Shown piece after piece: positions 37,847 to 47,564 of a stretch of 64,000 bases of DNA. The stretch comes from Candidatus Komeilibacteria bacterium. GTDB lineage: Bacteria; Patescibacteriota; Patescibacteriia; UBA1558. Both the position numbers and the translations under genes were made by a program. Location of the stretch: positions 136,013-200,012 of the forward strand of contig JBLYPX010000001.1 in assembly GCA_048538235.1 (NCBI GenBank), read 5' to 3'. Each line of letters starts with the position of its first letter. The stretch's first letter is position 1. The notes under the pieces are model-generated. The model did no database searches. It saw only the letters and a program-made list of their open reading frames with translations, and was not told the DNA's origin.

Positions 37847-40800
37847 TTATTTAATAAATAGTTTTACAGCTTGTTTTAAGCTCTCTAGTCTGTCCTTTTC
37901 TAATTTATCTTTATCTATCTTTAGAACATTGTCTTTAAATTCCCAATTTGGATTAATGTCTAGTAATTTTTTAACAGCAGAATAATTTAATTCATCAGTA
38001 AAGTGAATATATACATATGTTTTAACATCAGTATTATTTCTAATACTTTTTGCAGTTATTAAATTAATACCAGCTTGTTCACTTAATATTCTTAATTCAG
38101 AAACACTTTTAAGGTTTTTAACTTTTTGTGGCCACGGTTTTGGTAATCTTTTAAAGTGATTATTTAATTTATCTAAATTATTACAATTAGCAAGTAGCTG
38201 ATAATATCTTAAACGGCTTGTTTCAGTCTTTAGATAATCTTTTGGCAATCCAATATTAATAGGTAGATCTATAGTTGTATCTATAAGGGAGGTTGGTATA
38301 AGGCCAGTTTTAATCTCGCTAACAGTTTGTTTTATTAACTCATTGTAAAGAGTTAATCCTATTAAAGATACTTTACCGTGTTGTTTTTTACCCAATATGT
38401 TTCCAATACCACGTATTTCCATATCTCTAGTTGCTATTTGAAAGCCAGAGCCTAAAGCTTCAGCTTCTTGTAAAGCTTGTAATCTTTCAGCAGACCTGCC
38501 TTTTAATTTTTGAGAACTGTAAAGGAAGTAAGCGTACGCTTGTTTATCTGATCTACCAATTCTACCTCTTATTTGGTAAAGTTGTGCTAGTCCAAAGTTT
38601 TGCGCACCCGTTACAATTAAAGTATTTACATTAGCCAGATCTAAACCATTAGCAATAATAGTTGAACAAATAAGTATATCTATCTTACCAGTATCAAAGT
38701 CATGCATTGTTTTAGCAATTTCTTTTGAGGTTAATTGTCCATGAACAATACCATAAGTATATTTAGGTAATAAATTCTTTAGAAATTTTAATTGTTCTTC
38801 TATTGTCTCAACTTTATTGTACAGATAATATACTTGACCATTACGAGCAAGTTCATAATTTATAGCGTCTTTAATTATATCCTCAGAAAATTGTGTAATC
38901 TTTGTTTTAATTGGTAATCTGCCAGCTGGTGCTGTAGCAATAACGCTAATATCTCTTACGCCGCTAAGGCTTAAATTTAATGTTCTAGGTATTGGTGTAG
39001 CAGATAAAGCGATGATATGTGCTTCTGTTTTTAAATCTTTTAACTTTTCTTTATCTTTAACTCCAAACTGTTGTTCTTCGTCTATTATTATTAAACCAAC
39101 TTTATTAAATTTAATATCTTTAGATAATAGTCTGTGAGTGCCAATAATAATATTGGTTTTACCGGATTTAATATCTGTAATATTTTTTAATTGTTTTTTA
39201 CTATCTACAAACCTAGATAGTAGGGATATATTAATATCATAATCTTTAAATCTTTCTGTAAAAGTGTCATAGTGTTGTTGAGCTAAAATAGTAGTAGGGC
39301 AGAGTAGAATAACTTGCTGTTTATTAAGAACTGCTCTGTAAGCTGCTCTAACAGCTATTTCTGTTTTACCAAAGCCAACATCTCCACATATTAGTCTGTC
39401 TGTTGGTTTATCCTTTGTAAGATCATTTAAGGTTTCTTCTAAGGCTTGTTTTTGATCTTCTGTTTCTTCATAAGGAAAAGAGGCTGCTAATTCATTTTCT
39501 TCTTTTATGTGTGGCAAGAGGGGATTGGCCTGACTTAATTCACGTCTAGCATAAAGATTTAATAGTTGCTGAGCCATCTTTATTATATCTTCTTTAACCT
39601 TGCGTATTATCTGTGGCCAAGTTGATGCAGCACCTAGTCTGTGTAGCTTTGGATTTTTAACACCTAAATATTTACTAATTCTATCTACCTGATCAATTGG
39701 TAAATATAGCCTATCTTCTCCTTTGTATTGCAAAACAAAATACTCTCTTTCAATATTGTCTATAGTTTGAAATACAGTTTGTGTAAACTTAGCAATACCA
39801 TGATCTCTGTGAACAACATAATCTCCAAGCTTAATATCCACTTGATAAATATCATCTGACTTTGTTTTAGCAATATTTTCTATTTTAAATATATTTGCAT
39901 CTGTTAAATATATTTTATTATTTTTTACATCTTCCAACCCAGGGAAAGTGAAATCTTTAAATTCTAGAATAGGGGAGTTTATATTTAATTCTTTAAATAA
40001 ATTTTTAACTCTAGTTTTATTTTGGGTAATTATTTCTGGCTTATTATTTGCAATGTATTTTTTTAATGACGGTAAATTATTATGGAAATAGTTTGTGTTT
40101 TTTAATATTAATTTAGCCTCGTCTTCGTGTAACGGCTGAATAATATATATATTGTCTATATTATTATTTTCAATCTCCGGATAATCTATTAAAGTATTTT
40201 GATCAATTAAGATGTTTTGGTTGCTTGCTATATTTAAAACAGATTCTTTTAATTTACTATTTAATATATTAGGAATTATTTTTATGCTATCCAAAGCTTT
40301 CACTTTCTTTTTATTAACATTATCTATTTCATGTAATGATTTAACAATGTCATTGTCTAATTCAATTCTTATTGGGTTTGAATATTGTGGCGAATATATA
40401 TCTATAACAAAACCGCGGTATGAGAAAAGTCCAACTTGATCTGCTTGAGTATTTACTTCATAGCCATTATTTACAAGCAACTCTTTTAAAGTACTCAAGT
40501 TTATTTTATCTTCAGACTTAATATTTATACTTTGTTTTTTAAATTCTTCAATGCTAATAACTTTAGACAATATATTATCTGGTGTTGTTATTATTAATAC
40601 ATTATCTTTATTTATTAAATTAAAATATTGTAAAGAACTAAGCTCTGTATTGTCTGCCCAAGTAATAATATGTGGTGTCTTTATATTGTTTTGTTTATAC
40701 CACCAGGTTATCAATTTATATATTCTAACCAATTCATAATCGTTGTTTATACAAAGCCAAAACACCCCACTTTTATATAATAGGGGGGTTAGATAGGTTT

Positions 40801-40975
40801 TATTAAATATGTTGCTACTACCCGAAATTATGTATTTTCCAGGCGGTTTTTTAATTATTTCCACAATTACATCTTGACAACTATTTAATTCTATGCTAAT
40901 ATACCGTATTATCCTTTGAAATGCAAATATTTGTGGATAGTATCCTACTTGCCAGTAGCGTCGGAGTTGTGACAC
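37847..40975 (-). CDS. mfd: Transcription-repair coupling factor Mfd
   Basis: Superfamily-2 helicase motifs (GDVGFGKTE, DEEQ-like, 'QLRGRIGRS'), a TRCF domain and a CarD-like region. Length 1042 aa. Confidence 0.88.
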   Translation of the reverse strand: MSQLRRYWQVGYYPQIFAFQRIIRYISIELNSCQDVIVEIIKKPPGKYIISGSSNIFNKTYLTPLLYKSGVFWLCINNDYELVRIYKLITWWYKQNNIKTPHIITWADNTELSSLQYFNLINKDNVLIITTPDNILSKVISIEEFKKQSINIKSEDKINLSTLKELLVNNGYEVNTQADQVGLFSYRGFVIDIYSPQYSNPIRIELDNDIVKSLHEIDNVNKKKVKALDSIKIIPNILNSKLKESVLNIASNQNILIDQNTLIDYPEIENNNIDNIYIIQPLHEDEAKLILKNTNYFHNNLPSLKKYIANNKPEIITQNKTRVKNLFKELNINSPILEFKDFTFPGLEDVKNNKIYLTDANIFKIENIAKTKSDDIYQVDIKLGDYVVHRDHGIAKFTQTVFQTIDNIEREYFVLQYKGEDRLYLPIDQVDRISKYLGVKNPKLHRLGAASTWPQIIRKVKEDIIKMAQQLLNLYARRELSQANPLLPHIKEENELAASFPYEETEDQKQALEETLNDLTKDKPTDRLICGDVGFGKTEIAVRAAYRAVLNKQQVILLCPTTILAQQHYDTFTERFKDYDINISLLSRFVDSKKQLKNITDIKSGKTNIIIGTHRLLSKDIKFNKVGLIIIDEEQQFGVKDKEKLKDLKTEAHIIALSATPIPRTLNLSLSGVRDISVIATAPAGRLPIKTKITQFSEDIIKDAINYELARNGQVYYLYNKVETIEEQLKFLKNLLPKYTYGIVHGQLTSKEIAKTMHDFDTGKIDILICSTIIANGLDLANVNTLIVTGAQNFGLAQLYQIRGRIGRSDKQAYAYFLYSSQKLKGRSAERLQALQEAEALGSGFQIATRDMEIRGIGNILGKKQHGKVSLIGLTLYNELIKQTVSEIKTGLIPTSLIDTTIDLPINIGLPKDYLKTETSRLRYYQLLANCNNLDKLNNHFKRLPKPWPQKVKNLKSVSELRILSEQAGINLITAKSIRNNTDVKTYVYIHFTDELNYSAVKKLLDINPNWEFKDNVLKIDKDKLEKDRLESLKQAVKLFIK

Positions 40976-41073
40976 CCCTCCTTGTCTATAACTTCATAGC
41001 AATTGAGTTAAGGTTTTAAGTCCTAGTGGTTTAAGATCTTACACTGGTACGTAGGATAGTATTCGCTAAATGT

Positions 41074-41103
41074 TTTTTAAAAACCTCTCGTATGAGAGGT
41101 TTT
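41074..41103 (-). terminator. Rho-independent terminator downstream of the pth-der-LCP operon
   Basis: AAAAACCTCTC-gtat-GAGAGGTTTTT perfect hairpin immediately 3' of the pth stop on the minus strand. Confidence 0.65.
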
Positions 41104-41107
41104 TAAT

Positions 41108-41692
41108 TTAGTTATATTTATTCATTACGTTTTCTAATCCATCTTTTAGTAAATCATTCGTTGCTTGTTTAGCTCTGTTTATTATTTCTTCAAGTTGTTT
41201 TTTATCTTTTCTTGTAAATTTAGACAGTACAAATTTATCTGCGGGCATTTCATCTAATAATTCATTTTTAATACCCAATCTTATTCTAATGAAATTATTA
41301 TATCCCAATTCTTGGATAATAGATTTAATTCCGTTATGTCCGCCAGCTGACTCAAACTTACCGATTCTCATTGTGCCAAATTCTAAATCTAAATCATCAT
41401 ATATTACAATAATGTCTTCTGGTTTTAAACTATGCTTCTTAGCAGCATAGGCAACTGCTTGACCAGAGTTATTCATAAAGGTCTGTGGTTTAAATAGTTC
41501 TACATCAGTATACTCTAATTCTGTTTTTAGAAATTCTGCTTTAGTACCACTACTACTGTGCCATTTATTTTTGCCAGCTAATTCATCTAGGATAATAAAT
41601 CCGAAATTGTGTTTTGTTTTTTTATATTTTCTGCCTGGATTACCTAGGCCAACAATTAATTTCATATGTTTATCCCTCATCTTCATCACCAA
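41108..41692 (-). CDS. pth: Peptidyl-tRNA hydrolase
   Basis: 'LIVGLGNPGRKYKKTKHNFG' Pth signature. Confidence 0.9.
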   Translation of the reverse strand: MVMKMRDKHMKLIVGLGNPGRKYKKTKHNFGFIILDELAGKNKWHSSSGTKAEFLKTELEYTDVELFKPQTFMNNSGQAVAYAAKKHSLKPEDIIVIYDDLDLEFGTMRIGKFESAGGHNGIKSIIQELGYNNFIRIRLGIKNELLDEMPADKFVLSKFTRKDKKQLEEIINRAKQATNDLLKDGLENVMNKYN

Positions 41693-43058
41693 TAGTTGGT
41701 TTGATAGATTTATGACTTAAGTCTATTTTATTTAATTCAATTTTTATAGGTGTACCTAAGAAGCCAAATTTTTCTCTAAGTGCCTTTATTAGGTATTTAA
41801 CCCAAGCCGAAGATAGTGTACTTTTGGAATCTACTTTTAATTCAAAGGTTGGTGGATCAACTGCAACTTGTGCAAAATTAATAAGGTAGGGTTGTTTAGT
41901 ACCTTTACTTTTGGTTGGCTTATTCTTTTTAATTGCCCATTTAAGGAATTTATTAGCAGCATTTGGTTCTAGTCTTCTAAATCTTTCTTCATATGATTCT
42001 AGAGCAAGGTCTAATATTTTTCTAACTCTTTGTTGTTCAACGGCTGAAGTAAAGACAACAGGTGAGAAATTAATAAATGGTAAATTAGCGTAAATATATT
42101 TAATATATTTATTTATTGTCTTATCGTCTTTATCTGGTATTAGATCCCATTTATTAGCAACAATAACAGTGTTTATTTTATTTTTATTAATTAGGTCAGC
42201 AATTTTTTGATCTTGTACAGAAATACGACTAGTTATATCTAATACAATTAAAGCAACATCTACCTGTGGTAATAGACTTTGTACTTGATCAATACTAAAC
42301 TTTTCTACTAGGTCAGATTTACGACTTCTTCTCCTTAAACCAGCTGTGTCTAATAGTCTGAAGTCTCTTTTTTTATATTTAAAATCTATTACTTGTACGC
42401 CTCTAGTAGTGTGGGGAATAGGCGAGACAATAACTCTATTCTCATTCATTATTGAATTAACTAAAGAAGATTTACCAACATTAGGTTGACCAACAAACAT
42501 AATATTTATTGGTTTAACTTTCTTTTCTTTAATTTTTTCTTCTTTAGCTGGTTTATAGTTTGGTTTTAATACTTTAACAATTTCATCTAATAGATCACCA
42601 ACACCAGAACCACTGGCAGAGGATACAGGAATTGGTTCACCAAGGCCTAGTTTATAGAATTCATTTATATACTGTCTTCTTTGTAAATTATCTGCCTTGT
42701 TAGCAACTAGTACTACTTTCTTCTTTGACTTTTTTAAAAAGAGAGCAAATTCTTTATCTTGAGGCATAGTACCAGTCTTAGTGTCTACTAGGAAAAGAAC
42801 AAGATCAGCACCAGTAATGGCTTGAGCTGTTTGTTCATAGATTTGCTTCTCAATTATATCTTTCATGTTAACATCAAATCCGCCAGTATCTATAATAGTA
42901 AAATCTAAACCATTCCAAGAACAGTCAGCTGTTAGGCGATCTCTAGTTGTGCCAGCAATAGGACTAACCAAAGCACTAGGCTTAGATATTAGTTTATTAA
43001 AAAGAGTAGACTTTCCTACATTAGCACGTCCAACAATAGCAACCGTTTGTTTTTTCAT
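41670..43058 (-). CDS. der: Ribosome-associated GTPase Der (EngA) with two GTP-binding domains
   Basis: Two G1 motifs (GRANVGKST, GQPNVGKSS) with matching G3/G4 motifs, and a C-terminal KH-like domain. Confidence 0.88.
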   Translation of the reverse strand: MKKQTVAIVGRANVGKSTLFNKLISKPSALVSPIAGTTRDRLTADCSWNGLDFTIIDTGGFDVNMKDIIEKQIYEQTAQAITGADLVLFLVDTKTGTMPQDKEFALFLKKSKKKVVLVANKADNLQRRQYINEFYKLGLGEPIPVSSASGSGVGDLLDEIVKVLKPNYKPAKEEKIKEKKVKPINIMFVGQPNVGKSSLVNSIMNENRVIVSPIPHTTRGVQVIDFKYKKRDFRLLDTAGLRRRSRKSDLVEKFSIDQVQSLLPQVDVALIVLDITSRISVQDQKIADLINKNKINTVIVANKWDLIPDKDDKTINKYIKYIYANLPFINFSPVVFTSAVEQQRVRKILDLALESYEERFRRLEPNAANKFLKWAIKKNKPTKSKGTKQPYLINFAQVAVDPPTFELKVDSKSTLSSAWVKYLIKALREKFGFLGTPIKIELNKIDLSHKSIKPTIGDEDEG

Positions 43059-44575
43059 TAGTTTAGCTGGTTTAATTGATTATTGTATGCCTTATCTTGT
43101 CCTATTATGATAATAAAGTCAACATTATTTATTTCACTATCTTCACTAATATATGTAGGTATACTTGAGGTCATAATAGCATAAGGAATAACCCTTTGTA
43201 ATAACTCTGTGGTTAATGGTTTATCTCCGTCTGTTAGGTTGTATATTATTGTCCTTTGATAATCTTGAGTAGCTGCATTTTCATATGAAGCTATTTCTAA
43301 ATTATACCCTCTTAATTCTTGAGATAAAGAATAAGCAAGCCCTGGTACAGTTGTTCCATTTTGTATAGATATGGTAGCTGTTTCAGAAGCAGTATCTGAA
43401 TATTCAAACTGTTCATCAATAAATTGTCTTAAAGAATCATAACCATTGATTGGTGTTAATATATATGCGCCTTCTTCAGAAATACTAGCTTGTAATAATC
43501 CACCTGGTGAATCATCTATAGTGTATTGTAATGTATCGTCCAAGTTTATTTCTTTTAACTTTTCAAATAAATCTAAAGCTGTTTTTAAAGAAATATTTGT
43601 TGTTAAGTGGCTAGTAATAGAAGAGTATAGTCTACTTAATTTATATGGATTAAGTAGTGTTTGGTATGAAAGAATTTTATCTTTAATTGCAAATAATAAT
43701 TTTTGTTGCCTTCTTGATCTAGCAAAATCTGAACCCTCACCATTGTTTCCATGTCTTGAGCGTGAGTATTTTAGAGCAGTGTCTCCATCCATTAATTGTG
43801 GTCCAGCTTCAAAGCTAACTGTTTGGTATTCATAATCTAGAGTAGGGTATTGCGTGTCTGTGAAAGATCTTTCTACATCAATTGTAACACCACCTAATAT
43901 ATCTATTATTTCGCTAAAACCATTAAAATCCACAACTACATAATAATCTATTTCTTGACCTAAGTTATCTCCTATAATATCTGCTGCAAATTTACCAGGT
44001 TCGTCATCATTTCTTCTGCCAATGGTATATACTTCATTAATTTTAGGGTAATAGGAGTCAGTATACTTAACTACCAAGTCTCTAGGAATAGAAGTTAAAG
44101 ATAATTGAGAAGTAGAGTCTCTCATGCTAGAAAAAATAATAGTATCTGTTAAGAATGGTCCATCATGACCAGCTCCACCCATTCCTAAAATTAAGAAATT
44201 AGTTCTATCATCATCTGGGGTTGGTAATACCCCGGTAATGATAGAGGAGAGTTGTTCCCACAAGTTTAGTTTGTTTAGAGCGTGAGTTAAACTATTATCG
44301 TTCTGTCTGGTTTGTAAATAATTTGAGAATAATAATGTTCCAAATAAAAAAATTAGTAGGAGTACAATTAAGAAGATAGATTTAAAAATTCTCTGACCAT
44401 TACTTGGCAGAGTTATGTCTGTTCTATTATTGTATTCTTGTAAGAAATCTACCTGAGACGGAGCCGTCTTTTTTTGTTTTATATGTTTTGCTTGAGTTTG
44501 TTTTGGCTCTTCTTTTATAGCTTCATTACTTTCATTTCTTACATTTATTTTTATTCCATCAAGATTTTGACTCAT
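43058..44575 (-). CDS. LytR-CpsA-Psr (LCP) family cell-wall glycopolymer transferase
   Basis: N-terminal TM. LCP core 'NFLILGMGGAGHDGPFLTDTIIFSS...SIPRD'. C-terminal LytR_C-like region. Confidence 0.75.
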   Translation of the reverse strand: MSQNLDGIKINVRNESNEAIKEEPKQTQAKHIKQKKTAPSQVDFLQEYNNRTDITLPSNGQRIFKSIFLIVLLLIFLFGTLLFSNYLQTRQNDNSLTHALNKLNLWEQLSSIITGVLPTPDDDRTNFLILGMGGAGHDGPFLTDTIIFSSMRDSTSQLSLTSIPRDLVVKYTDSYYPKINEVYTIGRRNDDEPGKFAADIIGDNLGQEIDYYVVVDFNGFSEIIDILGGVTIDVERSFTDTQYPTLDYEYQTVSFEAGPQLMDGDTALKYSRSRHGNNGEGSDFARSRRQQKLLFAIKDKILSYQTLLNPYKLSRLYSSITSHLTTNISLKTALDLFEKLKEINLDDTLQYTIDDSPGGLLQASISEEGAYILTPINGYDSLRQFIDEQFEYSDTASETATISIQNGTTVPGLAYSLSQELRGYNLEIASYENAATQDYQRTIIYNLTDGDKPLTTELLQRVIPYAIMTSSIPTYISEDSEINNVDFIIIIGQDKAYNNQLNQLN

Positions 44576-44718
44576 GCAGATATTATTCTATTTAAGTGAC
44601 TTAATTTTAGGATATTTTAACACTTAAGTCAATTTGATTTTTATTAAAATGTCTGGTATAATCATCATACTTTGGCTATTTTTTAGCCTTTTATTGCATA
44701 ACTCATATAAATGGGTTA

Positions 44719-44795
44719 GGGTTTATAGCTCAGCTGGTTAGAGCGCTACATTCACATTGTAGAGGTCGCAGGTTCGACTCCTGCTAAACCCACCA
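44719..44795 (+). tRNA. tRNA-Val(CAC), CCA encoded
   Basis: Acceptor GGGTTTA/TAAACCC, D-arm GCTC-AGCTGGTTA-GAGC, anticodon arm CTACA-TTCACAT-TGTAG, T-arm GCAGG-TTCGACT-CCTGC. Confidence 0.8.
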
Positions 44796-44825
44796 GTTTA
44801 GTATTAATAACATAACTATATATTC

Positions 44826-45428
44826 ATGTCTGAAGAATTAGATAATTTAGATTTGGAAGAAGATAAAACAGAGTCGTTTAAAGATTTTGTGTTTGAAATG
44901 ATCAAGGTTTTGGTTGTTTCTTTAATTATAATAGTTCCTATTAGAGCATATGTTGTGCAACCATTCTATGTTGATGGCGCTTCTATGGAACCAAATTTTC
45001 ACGATGGTGAATATTTAATAGTAGATGAGATAAGTTACAGGTTCAAAGATCCGCAAAGAGGAGATATAGTTATATTCCATCCACCAGACAATCCAAAGGT
45101 TTACTATATTAAAAGAATCATTGGCATGCCTAATGAGGTGGTAGATATTAAAAATGGAGAGATTAAAATTTATGAAAACGATTCGCCAGATCCATTAATT
45201 GTAGACGAATCTAAGTATTTAACAAAAGATTACTATTTAAGGCCAAGTGAAAAGTATCATGTTAAGTTAGGAGAAGGTGAGTACTATTTAATGGGAGATA
45301 ATCGTCCAAATAGTTTAGATTCAAGAAGATTAGGACCTATTAGTGAGTTACATATAAAGGGAAAGGTAGCTTTAAGAGCTTTTCCTTTCGATAAGTTTAC
45401 AGTTATTAAACCGCCAATTTACGAATAA
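44826..45428 (+). CDS. lepB: Signal peptidase I
   Basis: 'VDGASMEPNF' Ser box, 'GDIVIFHPP', 'KRIIGMPNE' Lys box and a 'GDNRPNSLDSR' box. Confidence 0.88.
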   Translation: MSEELDNLDLEEDKTESFKDFVFEMIKVLVVSLIIIVPIRAYVVQPFYVDGASMEPNFHDGEYLIVDEISYRFKDPQRGDIVIFHPPDNPKVYYIKRIIGMPNEVVDIKNGEIKIYENDSPDPLIVDESKYLTKDYYLRPSEKYHVKLGEGEYYLMGDNRPNSLDSRRLGPISELHIKGKVALRAFPFDKFTVIKPPIYE

Positions 45429-45438
45429 AATATATAAT

Positions 45439-46743
45439 ATGGTTAAAAAAGAGAAAAAAGCCTTTAAATTAATTAAGGGTATGAAGGATATAATGCCTTC
45501 AGATCAGAAGTATTGGGAATATCTACGTAAGACATTAAATAGATTAGCTTTTGACTATAACTATGATCGTATAGATACTCCAATGACAGAGTTTACAAAC
45601 CTTTTTAAAAGATCTGTTGGCGATCATACAGATATTGTGGAAAAGGAAATGTATTCATTTGAAGATTTGGGAGGAGAAAAGTTAAGTCTAAGGCCAGAAA
45701 TGACAGCTGGAGTGGTAAGAGCATATATTGAACACGGTATGGTTAATATGCCTCAGCCAGTTAAGATGTTTTATGTTGGTCCTTGTTTTAGATACGATAA
45801 ACCACAAGCTGGTAGACAAAGGCAGTTTTGGCAGATGGGTTTTGAAGCTATTGGTGATGCTGCTCCAGTGATTGATGCACAGGTTATTAATATGGGGTAT
45901 AAGCTATTAAGCAAGTTACATTTACCAGCAGTTGTTCAGATAAATAGTTTAGGCTGTAAAGAGTGTAGGCCAAATTACCATGAGGTGTTATTAGACTTTC
46001 TTAAGGGTAAAAAAAATCAATTGTGTGAGGATTGTAAGAGAAGAGTTAATAAAAACCCTTTAAGAGTATTAGATTGTAAGGAAGAATCATGTCAGGCAAT
46101 AATAGCTGATGCACCCCAACAGGTAGATTATCTGTGTGATGATTGTCGCACTCACTTTGTATCAGTTCTAGAATATTTAGATGAACTAGAAATTGTATAT
46201 AATTTAAACCCTAAGATTGTTAGAGGTTTAGATTATTATACTCGTACTTGTTTTGAATTTACTTTGCAGGATGCAGATGAAACAAGACAAGGTGTGCTAG
46301 GTGGTGGAGGTCGTTACGATGGACTCGTTGAAGAATTAGGTGGCAGACCAACACCAGCGGTTGGACTTGCTATGGGAGTGGAAAGAATAATTAAAGAATT
46401 AAAGAGATTAGATATTAAAGTTCCAGAAATAAAGCAGTATGAAGTTTTTGTAGCACAACTTGGTAAAGAAGCTCGTAAGAAATGTATTTCTCTATATGAA
46501 GAATTATTAGCTGAAGATTTAAAAGTTGTAGAGAATTTTTCTAAAGATGGAATTAAGAATCAACTAGAGCAGGCCAATAAATTAGGAGTAGTCTATTCTT
46601 TAATAATTGGTCAGAAGGAAATGGTAGATAATACTGTGCTTATTAGAGATATGGAAAACGGCATTCAAGAGACAGTGGACTTTGCCAAAGTGGTCTCAGC
46701 TCTTAAGAAAAGACTGAAGTCAAAAGAGGTAGAATCAGTATAA
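45439..46743 (+). CDS. hisS: Histidyl-tRNA synthetase
   Basis: Class II aaRS motifs, including 'FRYDKPQAGRQRQFWQ' and 'GGGGRYDGL', and an anticodon-binding C-terminal domain. Confidence 0.9.
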   Translation: MVKKEKKAFKLIKGMKDIMPSDQKYWEYLRKTLNRLAFDYNYDRIDTPMTEFTNLFKRSVGDHTDIVEKEMYSFEDLGGEKLSLRPEMTAGVVRAYIEHGMVNMPQPVKMFYVGPCFRYDKPQAGRQRQFWQMGFEAIGDAAPVIDAQVINMGYKLLSKLHLPAVVQINSLGCKECRPNYHEVLLDFLKGKKNQLCEDCKRRVNKNPLRVLDCKEESCQAIIADAPQQVDYLCDDCRTHFVSVLEYLDELEIVYNLNPKIVRGLDYYTRTCFEFTLQDADETRQGVLGGGGRYDGLVEELGGRPTPAVGLAMGVERIIKELKRLDIKVPEIKQYEVFVAQLGKEARKKCISLYEELLAEDLKVVENFSKDGIKNQLEQANKLGVVYSLIIGQKEMVDNTVLIRDMENGIQETVDFAKVVSALKKRLKSKEVESV

Positions 46744-46754
46744 TATATAGTCAA

Positions 46755-46800
46755 AAATAGTTTTGACAAAACTATTTATTTGTGTTAAATTATATTTGAA
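46755..46800 (+). promoter_or_regulatory. Perfect 11-1-11 palindrome AAATAGTTTTG-A-CAAAACTATTT embedding a TTGACA -35-like hexamer, followed 17 nt later by TAAATT; candidate rpsU promoter/operator or weak hisS terminator
   Basis: Exact reverse-complement arms at 46755-46765 and 46767-46777. The element lies between the hisS stop and the rpsU start. Confidence 0.35.
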
Positions 46801-46840
46801 TTTAATTATTAAACATTAATCAGATTGGGGGTGAAAACCT

Positions 46841-47089
46841 GTGTTAGAAGTTAAACGGAAACAAAGCGAAACATTTGAGAGTCTTTTACGTCGTTTTACT
46901 AAGAAAACAATACAGAGTGGAAAACTATTACAAGCAAAGAAAATTAGATTTCACCAGAAGGATAAATCTCCATTAGCTCGTAAAGAAGGGGCTTTAATGA
47001 GAGAAGAATTTCGTAAAAAACGAGATTATATGAGACGTATTGGTAAATTAGACGACTATTTAGACAAAAAGAAAAAAGGTAGAAGATAA
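46841..47089 (+). CDS. rpsU: 30S ribosomal protein S21 (probable GTG start)
   Basis: 'FESLLRRFTKKTIQSGKLLQAKKIRFHQKDKSPLARKEGA' matches the S21 family. GGGGGTGA SD upstream. Confidence 0.8.
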   Translation: MLEVKRKQSETFESLLRRFTKKTIQSGKLLQAKKIRFHQKDKSPLARKEGALMREEFRKKRDYMRRIGKLDDYLDKKKKGRR

Positions 47090-47535
47090 TGTCATTATTA
47101 CAACAAATAGATAAAGATAGATTAGAAGCAATGAAGGCTCAAGAAGAGCTTAAGTTGTCTACTCTTAGAATGCTATCTTCTTCTATTAAAAATGCTCAAA
47201 TTGCTAAGAAAGCAGAACTGACAGACGAGGAAGTATTAAAGGTTTTGCGAACTGAGAAAAAGAAGAGAATAGAAGCTGCTGAAGGCTTTACAAAAGGTGG
47301 CAAACCAGAATTAGCTGAGCAAGAAATGAAAGAATTAGGCTTTATTGAAGCTTATTTACCTAAAGCAATGTCAGAAGAAGAATTAAATGGCATTGTGTCT
47401 AAGGTTTTGTCAGAAGGTAATTTTACTGAAATGTCGCAGTTTGGACAGGCTATGGGCGCTGTTATGAAAGAAGTGGCAGGTCGGGCTGATGGACAGGCTG
47501 TACAAGCAAAAGTAAAAGAACTTTTGAATAAATAA
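47089..47535 (+). CDS. yqeY: GatB/YqeY domain protein
   Basis: YqeY-like helical protein, commonly encoded next to rpsU. Length 148 aa. Confidence 0.65.
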   Translation: MSLLQQIDKDRLEAMKAQEELKLSTLRMLSSSIKNAQIAKKAELTDEEVLKVLRTEKKKRIEAAEGFTKGGKPELAEQEMKELGFIEAYLPKAMSEEELNGIVSKVLSEGNFTEMSQFGQAMGAVMKEVAGRADGQAVQAKVKELLNK

Positions 47536-47564
47536 AATAAAAGATAAAATTATATACTAGTCCT

